Assembly: GCF_006345805.1 (NCBI RefSeq)
Contig: NC_042999.1
Coordinates: 74,214,001 to 74,278,000, forward strand
From: Octopus sinensis
Taxonomy: Eukaryota
Reading direction: 5' to 3'
DNA length: 64,000 nt
Shown here: positions 12,568-26,689 of the stretch, one piece after another
How the letters are laid out: each line of letters begins with the position of its first letter
Position numbering within the stretch: position 1 is the first letter of the stretch
The notes under the pieces: generated by a model
Seen by the model: the letters and a program-made list of their open reading frames with translations, nothing else
What the model was told of the DNA's origin: nothing
The model's database searches: none
Position numbers and translations under genes: made by a program

Positions 12568-14076
12568 GGCTACAGTAGTTATTGTAGTCTTGAGTATATT
12601 GTCTGAATAAAGGTTGGACAGCATTCGTTGAAAGAAAAAGAAAAACTTTAAAAATATTTATTTCCCACGCTCTCTTACTCATTCTCTCTCTTTCTCCCTC
12701 TCTTTCCCCTTAACAACTCCTTCAAAGTGATTCATGTGTTATGCCTGTGTAACTCCTAATAGGATACAATGTTTTATTTCATTTTTTAAAAGGAACTACG
12801 TAAGATTAGATTAGAATAAAAGAGAAGAATGCTCACAATGTATTCATTTCGTGCAGAAACTTGATACGTATTTCCACACTCACATCCGCACACGCACCCA
12901 AATGCACACACATAAAAGTATATAAGCTACTGGCAGCACGCAAGTAAAAAGTGGGATAAAAGGTAAGTTCTAAATTTGAATGTGAATTCACTTAGTCTGT
13001 GCTCAGGCTTATATAGGTCCATTTTCTTACGGATGACGACACACATTTTGACATGTACATTAATGCCTACACTTTTAGCCAAAAGTACAAGTGTTTAAAG
13101 ATTTGTCGAAAAGAGAAGCAAGTGGGGATTGTGCAAGAAGTTTTTACTTGAAATGTGTATGCGTATACTCTCTGCCACGAGTGAACATTTGGAAGCCATT
13201 GCTGCAACATATGGTGCTAAGAAGAAATTAAATCATTAAATTTGCTAAGATCCTGTATCACATGTGTACCGCAAGGTGTTCACGATAAAGTCAAGATAGA
13301 ATATGGACATATTCAGTCAATTGTTGAGAGGCTAAGCGAATGCTCACGTTTTGAAAAATCTTTGCGAACATTTGCATTGAATGTATGAATCAATTTTGTT
13401 CCAACAAACTATAAGCAAGTAATTTTGATGAAGAAACGATTTAATGGAAGCAAGTCGGAATAATTGTTTGTATTTTCAAAACAGATAATACCCATAAACT
13501 AATGAAGGATGTTTTGATACTCGTTCAAGATGTGTTGCTTGTCAAAATTAAACTGTAATTCATGACTTGTTAGATAAAAGCAAAGGGGATATTTTTCATG
13601 GTATGATTTGATTATAAAAAAAATTATTTTTGTTTTATTTTAATTCACTTTGACATAATTTTACTCTACTTTGAAACTATTGTAGTTTGCTTCGAGAGTA
13701 TTTTAATTTGTTCCGAGAGTATTTTATTTTGCGCCGAGTTTACTTTTATTTGCTTTGAGTGAAAAGGTCTAAATTAGTAAATACAGTATGTCAATGGTTT
13801 ATTACAAAGATCTAATAAGACTGAAACAAGTTCAGTTTTGTTTCACTTACTTGAAATAATAAAACTATTTATCTGTTTCTGTACTCTCTTCACTCTCTGT
13901 TGGTATTTCTAATTAGATTTTGTATGTTTCAAATCAAATTTGGCTACTTCTACTGTACATAAATTATTTTCATGTGAATGACTTCTTTAGATAATTAACC
14001 CTGGTAATTTAATAGATAGAAACATTATTATTTCTAAATCTCTCAAAGAGAGATATTCAGTAATAGTTCTTTAAAG

Positions 14077-14611
14077 TAAAGACCATTTGCCAACATAATG
14101 TGGTTGTCCTGGAAGGGACGATTGTTACTGTTGTTTAGCCCCAGGAATCATCGTTTCCAGTTGGCTATACGACACAATATGTTTCCTTATATTTTCAAAC
14201 AGAGTATCAAGCGTCCCCTTCCAGCATAAAGTAATATCTGTGGACCGGTTTCTGGGTCATTGCCCTTTATCAACACAGAGTAACTGCTTGGCTAGGTGGC
14301 GTTGCTGAATTCCCGTTCGAAAATACATATAGATCAGTGACTGTGTGTCATTTTGAAAACTATATATTTTCGAACGGGAATTCAGCAACGCCACCTAGCC
14401 AAGCAGCTACGCTGTGTTGATAGAGAGCAATAACCCAGAAACCGGTTCACAGATGTTGCTTTGTGCTGGATGTGGGTGCTGGACGCCCTCTTCGAAAATA
14501 TGACACATATACAGTATCGTATAGCCAGCCGGAAACGATGTTTCTTGGTGCTAAACACAGTAACAATCGTCCCTTTCAGGACAGCCACATTACGTTGGCA
14601 AATAGTCTTTA
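14077..14611. repeat. Fold-back element (arms 14077-14332 and 14360-14611, ~27-bp spacer); MITE-like
   Basis: TAAAGACCATTTGCCAAC..GAATTCCCGTTCGAAAA mirrored by TTTTCGAACGGGAATTC..GTTGGCAAATAGTCTTTA. Confidence 0.92.
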
Positions 14612-15489
14612 CCTGATGATTTGATTATTTAAAAATTAAAATATAGTTCTACATCATTTTTTCTTGTTTCAATCTTCTTTCAATAATGTTCTTATTAAAT
14701 TATTTATTTTACAAATACTAGACAGACTTGTAGGGCTTTATGCATAGAATTAATTTAGCTGATAAATCAAAGTCCTTTTGGGGGTAGGGCTTGGTGTGCA
14801 CTATTAATTCAGCAAATACTTATTTACTATAAGGATTAATAATAGAATTTATGCTTTAAGAATCTAATAGTATTACTTTTACAATTAATGTTGCTACATC
14901 AACTGCTACTGCTACCATCACCACAACCACTACTATTACCACTACAACTAACACCACCACTACTACTACTACTGCATCTACTCTCACATCAACATATTTG
15001 GTAACTCCACTCCTTGAAGTTATCAATCTTCTGACTTACTGTACACAGTGCCGAAAGAAGAGCGACGAGGAATACAAATACCAAGTTAATTAACAAATGT
15101 TGTGCACCCTTCAAAAACGACTGGCCTATACAGAAAAAACAAACAGCTTATAACATTGGAACGCATACATACATACATACATACATACATACATACATAC
15201 ATACATACATACATACATACATACATACATACATACATACATGTATCAAGCAACAACTTCACACATAAGATGCCGAAGGATCAATTCAGTGACCAGGTCG
15301 CAGATGGTGTGACGAAAATTTTGACACCAAAAATATATGTTTAAGCGAAGTTAAAAGTCTTTGTTTTTTTGAATGGCGAATATGTGTCTTCCACACTGTC
15401 ATCGTTTTACTTTCAACTCACGGTTCAGATCAAATCACTACCTGGAAATTACACGTTCGAAATACTTACAACGTGCGACAAATGCAGGC

Positions 15490-15830
15490 AAGGGTGTGTA
15501 GTAAGAAGTTCGCTTCTGAACCACATGGTTTCGTTTCAGTCCGAATGCATGGCACCTTCAGCAAGTGTCTTCTATTACAGCCCTAAGCCGACCGATGCCT
15601 TATGAGCGGATTTGCTTATCGGAAACTAAAAGAAACAGGTAGTGTATATATGTGATTGTGTGTACTTTTGTGTTTGCGTTTATCCCCTATGACCGCTTGA
15701 CAATCACTGATGGTTTATTTATGCTCCTGTAACATAGTGGTTCGACAAAAAGAATCTGATAGAATAAGTACAAGGATTTAAAATTAAGCACTGAGATCGA
15801 TTTGTTCAACTAAACCCCCTAAGGCCGTGT
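15490..15830 (+). mobile_element. Degraded SINE of a second family
   Basis: Head GTGTGTAGTAAGAAGTTCGCTTC.GAACCACATGG; related pieces occur at ~36500-36670 and ~43790-43970 on the minus strand. Confidence 0.6.
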
Positions 15831-16167
15831 CCAGCCCTAACAAGAAGCAATCCAATAACAGAAACAAATGAAGAATAAAAGATTGTGTCTGTCTGTGTGT
15901 GTGTGTGTATGTGTGTAGTAAATAAATAAATACATAATACAGATACACATACATACATGTAAATAGATGCACACACTTGGATGTATGCATCGACAGTTCT
16001 CCGAACACACCAACTCAACCACATGTTTACAAACACCAGGAAATCCTAACTCAAAAAGTCTTGTCGCTTTGTTAGCAACCGGCTTGAATTCTCTCAAGAA
16101 CTTGAATAAAACTCAAAGAAAATTCATATGTGGGTACATAAAATCTTGCACAACAAATATTTAAAAG

Positions 16168-16199
<32 letters not shown>

Positions 16200-16200
16200 G

Positions 16201-16255
<55 letters not shown>

Positions 16256-17514
16256 ATAATACACATATATACACATATATATACACTCCCATTTATATTA
16301 TATGTAAGTATGATTATTGGAAAGTGGAAGTTTCTGGGTATCAAGCGTTAGATTTCTAGAGCTTCAGGATCATAGATTCTGAATCCTTTGTTTCCAAATG
16401 AGGATAAAGTTTCATTTCTACACTATTTATTTCACATCATTAGCGAGCTGAGAGGATGTTACTACCTATTTGACCGTTACTAGATAAGTTAAAGTGCTCC
16501 CTAGTCTCTCTCCTCACCCCACGGGATGAACTGATATTTTTGCGAGCCTAAATATTAGCTGAACTAAGTTGGAAAATCATGAGAGGAAGGTTGCTGAGCG
16601 GTGTTAAATTTTGAAAGACAGGTTACATCATAAACTACAAGTGCTTCAGTCCCAGCTTCATCATCCACCATATTTTACATTACAAGGAATAAATGTAGTA
16701 AGTTCCAAGAATATTGTTTGCTGAGAAAGTTAGAATCTAGGGGGAGTATACTTTTACATTTGAGTGAAACTTAAAGTGACCTTTGTTTTGTTTTGCTTTA
16801 TTTTTAGACTACAATATTTTAAAGCTTCCACTTCTGGCCCTGTACTTTTCCAGGTTCAATTAATTAAAAACATTCTCACTTCTGCGCCAGCATTTTACCT
16901 TCTTGCCTGCCTTTTTTTTTACAGGTAACACTTTTTACAGCCAAGAAAATTGTGGGTATTGAGACAAAACTTAAAAGTATAAGGTTTTTAAAAATTGATG
17001 TTTTTCAAAAAGTTTAAATTATAGTAAAAAGGTAAATTTTATACACTAACAAAAAATAAATTGCATAAGAATGTAAGGAAGGATCTTGAGAAGAATGCCA
17101 ATGGAATAGCAATGTTAAACGACACCAGTCAGAAAGCAATGCAGCAAATAAGAATTTCAAGCAAAAAAGGTTGATCACGATCAAATTCGCGAGAAACATC
17201 TTAAGTACATCACGAGCCTCCTCATCGCCATGGCACTGGCCAAGTAAATTTTAATTGTTTCAAATGCTAGTATTGTTTTTTTTAAGTATTGCGATTTCGC
17301 CTTTCCTTTTTTAACCCTCATAACGCTCCGGAAGGCTCTCACCGCTTTAAAACTCTATTGTAATGTGTCCTGAATGTGAATGGAATAATAATTGACAGCT
17401 AAGAAACGAGCCAATTTGTAGGGAACGTTTTTAAAGAATCTGTGAAAACGCATCTAATGAGAAAGGCAATGAATCTTTGTAATGAAAGCTTCCCTTCCCG
17501 ATTATTATTGACCA

Positions 17515-18124
<610 letters not shown>

Positions 18125-18125
<1 letters not shown>

Positions 18126-19330
18126 ATTTCCAGTTGATGTCAGGATTTATTGGTTTATGTTTTATTGTTTATGGGATGGATTTTCACTACAGACCAGTCA
18201 AGTATTCCAAATGATGTTAGTAGTGGTACTGCAAATGTATTGTCTGCCATGTTTTTCTAAGTCTCATGTAACATTCTCAGGTCACTTCATATTTATTCAG
18301 AGTCTTTGCATGTTGTTTTCATCAATGCCTAGATATTTGTAACATTTTTGTGTGGAACGGGAAAGATGCACAGGTTTTGAATTTGAAATGATGATTGCGT
18401 TTTATGTAGGATTTATTTTTTCATTGTGAGAATTCAAGTTAGCAACTAAATAAGCGACAAAACTCTTTTGTTGCAGTTAAGTCAGGTGTTGGGTATGTGA
18501 GGTCGTCTGAATCGGGTGATATTTGTATCTATGCATGATTGTGCTCATGAATAACTTGTTTTCTTTTTGTGAGGTGGATATGAGTTTCCCTTTAGTAGAC
18601 AAGTGTTTGTGCCTCACTCTTAGATGTGTTTGTTCATGCATTCCATATGTATATGTGGACATGTCTGATCCAGGAAATTCACATGCAGTGTCCTTGAAGC
18701 AATTTACATGCTTTTTATTTTTTCAAATTGGGAAACTCACAGAAATAACCCTTGGATTGTTTCGCAGATAATAACTGTACCACTAATTGATTATACATGG
18801 AGAACATGGATTAGTTTCGTTTGTTCTTCTATGGAAAGCCCTAGTTTTTCTAAGTTTTTACGTAGACCCGTGGCTATGTAGCCCGCACCTTAATGGGTAC
18901 GCACGAGAATCTGTAATTGGGCTCTAAAAGCTACATGTTTCTTATTAGTTCTCCATAAATGTTCTTTTCTCTACAGTTTTTGATGCAACATTCACATCAG
19001 CTGGACAACCAATCTCTACTGTAGCGCATGTCATTTGCACATTTTTGCCATAAGGACAAAGTCTGGCCTGTTCTTAAATTAATGGTTGTTCTTATTGGGA
19101 TGATACACCAATATTCATTGCTTTAATAGGTGTTTTTATAGGCATTCCAGTTCTAATGTGACTTACTGTTAGAGCAGTTCTTCTTTCGTATGACATTGTA
19201 AACTATCTTTGTGACGTCATGTCATGTCTCATGGCAGATATTTTGGGGCAGCAGCTGATGATGTAATATCCTCTACATTGGTGTAACATTTTAGTTCGTA
19301 GTGTAAAGGTCTATAGACATTTCTATCTCT
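18125..19330 (-). mobile_element. Two highly degraded RLE-LINE (R4/Dong-like) fragments
   Basis: Minus strand: YKYLGIDEN and NTFAVPLL.SFGILDWS (~18150-18340, RT thumb); IISCCPKIS..RHD, RPDFVL, VEIGCPADVNV (~18700-19300, Zn knuckle/RLE). Confidence 0.6.
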
Positions 19331-19699
19331 TTTGTTCATCAGGCATTTAACAACAATCTTCTGTTCCTGGATAACAAAAGCTCAGCCTTCTAGGTGTGAT
19401 GTGATATACTTATTTACTTATTGCAGCTTCTGGAGAGTTTTCTACACCTGTCGATGTTGTTGGTATTAATATAGTTTTCGAGATATGAAATCATACATCA
19501 CTCACTGTTGGCATGTTGAGTATTTCTCATCCAAGTCTCTGCTTAAGTGAGTGCGCCCAGCGACCTTAGGTTCACAGTAGGACATCTGTTTTTCATCTAC
19601 TCTCAAAATGTTATTACATTTGCTTTTGAATACTCTTGATTTACTTGTTTCTCTCTTTGATGTTCTCTAGGTGTTGTCTGAAATGTACCTTGCAGCTTT

Positions 19700-20660
19700 C
19701 AAAGGCTACCCGGACACCGATCTGTCCCTCCATCCCTCCGACGCACCAGACTGGCTGATGTTTGCACGAACCAGGAAAAGAACTTGGCAGAGACTAGATT
19801 CATTGCATGCCTTAATATCATGTATAAATTGTACCCAGATTACTTAAATGTTTTACTCCAGGTCCACTGTGAAACACACTATTTGGTGACTGTCGAACAG
19901 GAAGAAGGAAAGAAAGATGTTTAGGACTGTGCCGAGCAGCTCCTCCTCGATTAAGCTGTCATCAAGGAAGGAAATGACACAAGCGAAATTTGTTGAATGC
20001 ATAGCTAAACTATAAGAAGACTACAAGAAGGCGTTTCATTCTGTTCTCCACTCTTGGATATCAGAGTCATTATGCTTTGCTAAGGTCCCAACTACTATTG
20101 TTAATGACATTATAACACTGACAACAACATGGTCCATAGAGTTGTTAATAAGAACAGCTGCTGCAAAAGTTAGTAATAAAATTAGGCTGTCAACTGGAAT
20201 ATTACAGCTTATCTGTAATGCCTTTCATCCTGGCAGTGAACCTTTTATGAGTTCTATTATGGAAATGCAAAAGCTACTAGGTGAGATCTGCAGAGGAGAG
20301 AAAAATTAATAGTGTCCAATGTTTTTTAGATGTCGAGGTCCAGCTGTACTGAAGTAGGTGACAGGCAGAGCTGATCACAACGTCTTATGAAATATAAGAA
20401 CGGAATTCGGTCAGGATAAGTGTTCATATTTGAGGAAAGATTATCGATCTGGTAGAGAATATGAACACCAATGTCCTGACTATCATCCGTTTCTCCGGTG
20501 ACGAATGTTACAAATGTCTCGGAATTAATGAGAATATCGCATACATTGGTGATAAAAGTAAAGCTAGAGAGACAAAAGTATACTTCAGCAGACTACAGAA
20601 GGTGAGGAAGTCAAAGCCATTTGCATCCAATAAGACCATAAGAAATCTGCAACCTTGGCA
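19700..20660 (+). mobile_element. Degraded R4/Dong-like RT fragment
   Basis: APDWLMFART, IACLNIMYKLY, DYKKAFHSVLHSWI, EFGQDKC, YKCLGINEN in broken frames. Confidence 0.7.
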
Positions 20661-21297
20661 CCACAACTAGGAAAATATTAACCACTTGTAACTACCACAT
20701 CAACAGCGACATCAGCAGGATTTATGTAAAGCAGAGAGATAGAGGAAGAATCTGCTCTGGCTATATTTTTACCGTGCCATTTCGACGCTCTGTTGGGAGA
20801 GAAGCTAAATTTTTTCCCAGCGAAGGTGGCTTGTTGTCGTAGTCGCTGAGCACTGAGATGCCAATAGAATATTTCCTTTAGACCCCCGTTGTTTTTCATT
20901 CTTTTCGTTTAACCAACTGAGTCGGCTCTCTTCTTTTTGTACAGTTCAGAGAGGGGTGGTTCAACTCGAAAGATCACTGGTATTTCTCCTTATAGTTTCG
21001 TAAGCTACAATAGCTTAATCTTGTTTCCTGTCTAGTCATGGTGTTCGTAGTAGTAAATCCACGTGCTAGATGTTGGTTGATTTTCTGCGCTCGATTACGA
21101 CTACAAACTTCCGCAAAAAAGGTGCATCTTCAGATTTATTTAAAGGTAACCAATTTTGCACTAGACTGTTCAGAATGGTAAACGTTTTAAGGGATAGTAT
21201 TCATTCTTATGGAAGAGTAATAGTTCTCTTATGCCGAGATGACTGACTTCGACGCCATGTTTATTATGTATGTGTGTGTAAATGAATGGTTTCAAAT

Positions 21298-21470
21298 TTT
21301 GGCACAAGGCCTGAAATTGCTAATTTTCAACTGGTACATATTTTATCGACCCTGAAAGGATGAAAAGTAGTCGACTTCGACGGAATTTGAATTCTGAACG
21401 TAAGGACGGACGAAATCTTGTTAAGCATTTTGATCGGAGTGTTAACGAAATGATCCTACCGGCTAACCGT
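21298..21470 (-). mobile_element. tRNA-derived SINE, degraded
   Basis: Same core as 376-598. Confidence 0.75.
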
Positions 21471-23253
21471 CTTATATATGTATTTAAATGAATAATATAT
21501 ATATATAAGTATACTTGTTGTGATGTAAACCACTCGACTATTGTAAGAAATATGAACGCACGTGGTCGCATTGTGTAGGGAATACGATCGCACGTGGTCA
21601 TATTCTTAACGAATTATTATAAGCCATAAATACAATGCAGTACCAAAAGAACATAGGTGAATTGACGACAAGCCTTCGGTTGAGAGATAAATATTATTTT
21701 ATTTACAATCGTGCTGATGTTAGAAGTTTGTAAGTGTTAGCACATATGTGCGTATGCAACACATTTTTGTGTCTGTGTGTTCGTGTGTGTGTGACAGATA
21801 CAATCAGGGTGAATGCGTGTAGCATAGAAAGGTACAAAGCATAGAGTTAACAATGGAAATTGGTTTACAGTTTGTATGGCGAAGATGTTAGAGGCGACCC
21901 GAAGTTGGTACATGATGGTGGCGACGGCGAATATAGTAGGTTTTCTGTGGTGAGTGTACATTAACGTCGTCGCTAGTTGTAGCAGGGGCAATCGTATATC
22001 GTTGGGTTGAGTAGCGCTGTGGTCTGAAGTTAGTCCTTACAAGGACTGGAACCAAAGACGCAAGTATACTGAAAACATTCCCTTATATACAAGTAAGGTG
22101 GCTCAAACGAGCTTAAGAAATGGGACCTTAACCAAAGGCCGTGATTGGTTGGCTTGGGACAGTGGCGCGAAATGAGTAGAGACAAATCGCTTCACCTGTC
22201 AACCAATCAGGTTAGTGGTTACAACAGGAACAACTCGGCCAAAGATGGCTGTAACCTCAAACGAGATCATTCCTGTCGTGTCTTTCAAAAAGTGAGGATA
22301 TCAGAAACCGCTACAGTCATATTTCAAAATGGCTGAAACTGCCATGCTACACTATGAAGTTCCTGACGAGAATATGTATATCCTATTCACATACAAAACA
22401 ATATATGGCTGAAGTAAAACAGTCTCTCTGAAATGAAGTTTATCTATTTGAAAAAACTAGACCGTGTAATTACTGTACAATAAAATGGAAAAACCAAGAC
22501 AAGTAGCACTGCAAAATACTTATAATTATGACGCTATTCAAGTAGTGGGATTGTTCGAATGAACATTGCAGGTGTCTCAGGTCATTTGACAAAATAAGAG
22601 TGAAATATTGAAGAATCTGTTGAAGGTAGGAAATAGTTCTGGGATTTGAAGATAGGAAAGAGTATTTGTGTGTAAAAGAAAATGGATTGTCGGACAAAAC
22701 ACATTGATGATTTGATGTGATTTGGTTGGATGTGTTTTCACACTTGGGACGAATGCATAAAATTAATGAAGCTGGTGAAGAGAAGAAAATCTGATAGAAG
22801 CTTATTTGAGTGTGCGCAATGTGAAACTAGATGCAAAATAAGAACAAAACGTGGATACATTATCCACATGCGAATTACTCATGGGGCATCAGCGTGAAAG
22901 AATGATGGGTTTGCTGTTTCCAAGAAAATTGTTAGAGATAATTTTAGCAAGAGACCACATAAAGCGACTGGATTTGGAGGGAATCGTCATGAGAGATAGT
23001 AGTCTTCCATAAATTATGGTAACGAATAAAAACTGCGCAGTATATCGAGATATATAATATCTTTTCAAGGGCTTGCAAACCGTCTTCTTCGCTTGCACTG
23101 CAGCAGCATAGATATATGGGAATCACCTACTTGGTTGACTTGGATGGATGAGAAACACTTACTCAACATAGACGCACACAGATACACACACACACACACA
23201 GAGATACACATCTATACATATACATACATATATATATTATATAATATATAATA

Positions 23254-23285
<32 letters not shown>

Positions 23286-23330
23286 TATATATATATTATA
23301 TATAATATATACTATATATATATATATATA

Positions 23331-23379
<49 letters not shown>

Positions 23380-23381
<2 letters not shown>

Positions 23382-24370
23382 AATCCAAACGGGAAAACAA
23401 AAAAACAACAAAAATGGAACAATTACAGTATTATTATTAATAGGCGCTCAGGAAATGGAAGCAGGAGGGTATGACGTTTCGAGCGGAACTCTTCGTCGGA
23501 AACATAAAGAAGGAAGAGAGAGGAAAGAAAGATATTATTAAGTTTAAGAAAGATATTCCAAGGAACAATCACCTACGATTTTTGAGGAATAATGTCAACC
23601 AGTTTAGACTATCACAAGGTATTATTGTCCAATCAGATAAAACAGGAAACCTATATAATGTTAATATTGATTTATACAATAAACTTATACATAATAAGAT
23701 ACCTAAATTCGTTAACGAAGATGTCCTTAAAAACAACAACTTAATAGCTAAGAAAATAATGAGTGATTACGATATCGATGACGTCACTGAAATATACAAA
23801 CTTCTAGACCCAGGATTACCCTGAAGGACCATAAACCAAATTTTCATTCAGGTCCGAAAGTGCGGCTTATTTGTCCTTGCAATTCTGACATTGGGAAACG
23901 TAGTAAATTTATACTGGATAATTACCTTAGTACACTTAAATTTAAAATTAAATTCTACCTATGGTCAAACACACTGGAAACTATTAAATGGTTTCAATGC
24001 CTAAACGACAAGAAGAAATCAAAATTCACCCAATTTGATATTGATAGTTATAATCAATCGATTAGTCCTATTCTACTAAATAAGGCACTTATTTTCGCAA
24101 AGAATAGGATCAACTTATCAATGAAGGAAATAAAAGTTATACCTGAGGCGAGGAAGACAATAATTCATCACCAGAGAAAATTTTGGACTAGAAAGGACAC
24201 ACCAGATTGCTTTGATATAGCAATGAGCGCGCAAGATTCAGCCGAAGTCACAGAGTTGGTCGGGATTTATTTACTACACCTACTCCATGAAGAACTCCCA
24301 GAATTTGAAGGTGGTCTCTATAAGGATGATGCTCTGTTTTTAGTTCGAAATGCCTCCAACCGTAAAATGG
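23380..24370 (+). mobile_element. Penelope-like element: inverted pLTR-like piece (~23380-23560) plus RT fragment, cut by (AT)n
   Basis: QSDKTGNLY, KPNFH, RLICPCNSDIG, WSNT..TIKWF, QFDIDSY, SAEVTELVG, GLYKDD are PLE-type RT motifs (ORFs 23471-23824 and 23860 onward). Confidence 0.8.
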
Positions 24371-24400
24371 AAATATATATATATAAACATACATATAATA

Positions 24401-24450
<50 letters not shown>

Positions 24451-24777
24451 ATATATATAATATATATATATATTATATATATACATATAACAATTGCAGC
24501 GTGGAATGTGTTTATAAGCCATTTAAGAAACACACAAAAACCGTTAGATTCACTTCAACATTTAAATTTAATTTGTCAAAATATTTTCGTCGCTTTGAGA
24601 CCGCGACCTGTTCACTGACAAAACTTCGTGCCGCACGCTGCAATTGTTTTCGTTCCAGCACACGATCTCAGATCAAGTCACTCGCTATGAAAGTACATCT
24701 CCGTAATATATATATATATATATATATATAAGATAAAACTTACTTGGAAGAGTATGCGTGGCGTTCAATCATATAAT

Positions 24778-24854
<77 letters not shown>

Positions 24855-24947
24855 GCATATATACATACTATATGTACATACATCTGTACGTATATATATA
24901 TAATATATATACATCTGTACGTATAATATATATATATATATATATGC

Positions 24948-25486
24948 ATATGTGGGCACAGGGCGTCATCAAACACGTATACAACATAAAAATATAAAGT
25001 ACGAGTACATTTTTTCGAACGAAATACACAAATGAAAAGCAAGACAAACAACATAAAGAATGACCCATCATCAGTTGTTGGTTCTTTTCTACTCTCATAT
25101 TTCGAGCATTTAACAACAATATACGCTTTCGATAAAACAGTTGCTCCCGCAAAGCAAATTAAATAAAATTTGGGATTTTGCGGTTGGTCAAAATTGGTAA
25201 CACAAAGAGGACAGTCAAAACAAACAGGAAGGGCTGCTAAGCCTAAACGAGGTTGTGGTGACGAACGCGTAAATCAAGCTTGGACACTTTATCGAAAGTG
25301 TATATTGTTGTTAGATGCTCGAAATACAAGAGTAGAAAAACAGCCAACAACTTATGACGGGTCGTTCTTTATGTTGTTTGACTTATTTTCCATTTGTGTC
25401 TTTCGTTGTTCGAAAGCAAACTTCATATTCCATGTACTCGTACTTCGTATTTTTGTTGTACACGCTTCATGGTGTCCTGTGCCAAC

Positions 25487-25491
<5 letters not shown>
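24948..25491. repeat. Inverted repeat (arms ~24948-25136 and ~25288-25491) between (AT)n tracts
   Basis: AAGTACGAGTACA..CTTTCGATAAA mirrored by TTTATCGAAAG..TGTACTCGTACTT; moderately diverged. Confidence 0.85.
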
Positions 25492-25518
<27 letters not shown>

Positions 25519-25586
25519 TAATATATATATACGTTTAATATTTGTTGTGCAAGATTTTTTATGTGAAGTCGTGTGTTGAAACAGAT

Positions 25587-26185
25587 AGGAATGGTCATTT
25601 TGCCAGTTTAGCCAATAAAAACACACGCACTATATATTTGGTGTTACTTTGCTTCAGTGTTATTTATTTTTTACATTAATCTTAATCTTATTTCGGCCAG
25701 AGTTCTTCGTCACACTCCTGTGACCGCATCAGTGGTCCTTTGTTTTCTTCTTACTTATTTGTGTCTCTCCTTACTAACCGTCAGCCATTTTGTATTTCTA
25801 TTGGTGTCTTCATTTGCGCATGCTTATATCTCTATGTGCGTTTATGTTTATTCAGTGTGTGTATGTGGGATGCCTGTAATATTTGTATCTTCTGTTTATA
25901 TATGTTCATGTAATTTGTAATTTTTTATATGTTCATAGAGATATAAGCATGCGCAAATGAAAACATACAATAGATATACAAAATGGCTGACGGTTAGTAA
26001 GGAGAGACACAAATAAGTAAGAAGAAAACAAAGGACCACTGATGCGGTCACAGGAGTGTGACGAAAGAACTCTGGCCGAAATAAGATTAAGATTAATGTA
26101 AAAAATAAATAACACTGAAGCAAAGTAACACCAAATATATAGTGCGTTTGTTTTTATTGGCTAAACTGGCAAAATGACCACTCCT
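25587..26185. repeat. Near-perfect inverted repeat (arms 25587-25836 and 25934-26185)
   Basis: Only a handful of mismatches over ~250 bp by eye. Confidence 0.93.
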
Positions 26186-26189
26186 AAAT

Positions 26190-26235
<46 letters not shown>

Positions 26236-26689
26236 GTATAGATGTAAGTATGTGAATAGACGTATGTATATATGCACACACACACATATATATATATATA
26301 TATTATATGATTGAACGACACGCATCTTCTTCCAAGTAAATTTTATCGTAATAATTCTGATGTGCGGTCTATACGATCTTTTTACTCTTTCGTTTTCTCT
26401 CTTTCTCTCTCTTATTCTTTTACCTCCTCTTCTCCCACTATTCTATCATATTACTCTGTCACTCTTTCCTCCACACTCCTCCTCCCTTGTTCATGTGGCT
26501 CCCACGTGACCATCGACCATCTTTCTTTCTTCCACAAGCGTTTCAAATGAACGATTTCTAAATCGCATGGAAAAGTTTGAAATAGGATAGAAGTGGAAAT
26601 GAGTATAAACGAAAATGTTAACAGTGAATGTGATATATAACTTTAAGAGGTAATTCGCAATTTGAAGTGGACGGGTGTAATAGATGTAT

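Noticed and set aside
17080-17250. Slightly GC-richer stretch ending at a GTAAAT donor-like site (possible host exon)
   Set aside because: No recognisable protein motif in any frame and no clear acceptor; cannot be supported without RNA-seq.
21543-21608. Imperfect ~30-bp hairpin with two CACGTG E-boxes
   Set aside because: Short, isolated and without context; the palindromic hexamers explain much of the pairing.
22355-22420. CUGACGA-GAAUA..UAUUC hairpin
   Set aside because: No GAAA follows stem II, so this is not a hammerhead.
22500-23150. Possible very old LINE fragment on the minus strand (SKSSRFMWSLAKIISNNF)
   Set aside because: Only one short motif is recognisable; too weak to assign.
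26031-26100. CUGAUGC-GGUCA..UGGCC-GAAA hammerhead-like string in the fold-back arm
   Set aside because: Core A9 is C, and stems I and III do not form convincingly.
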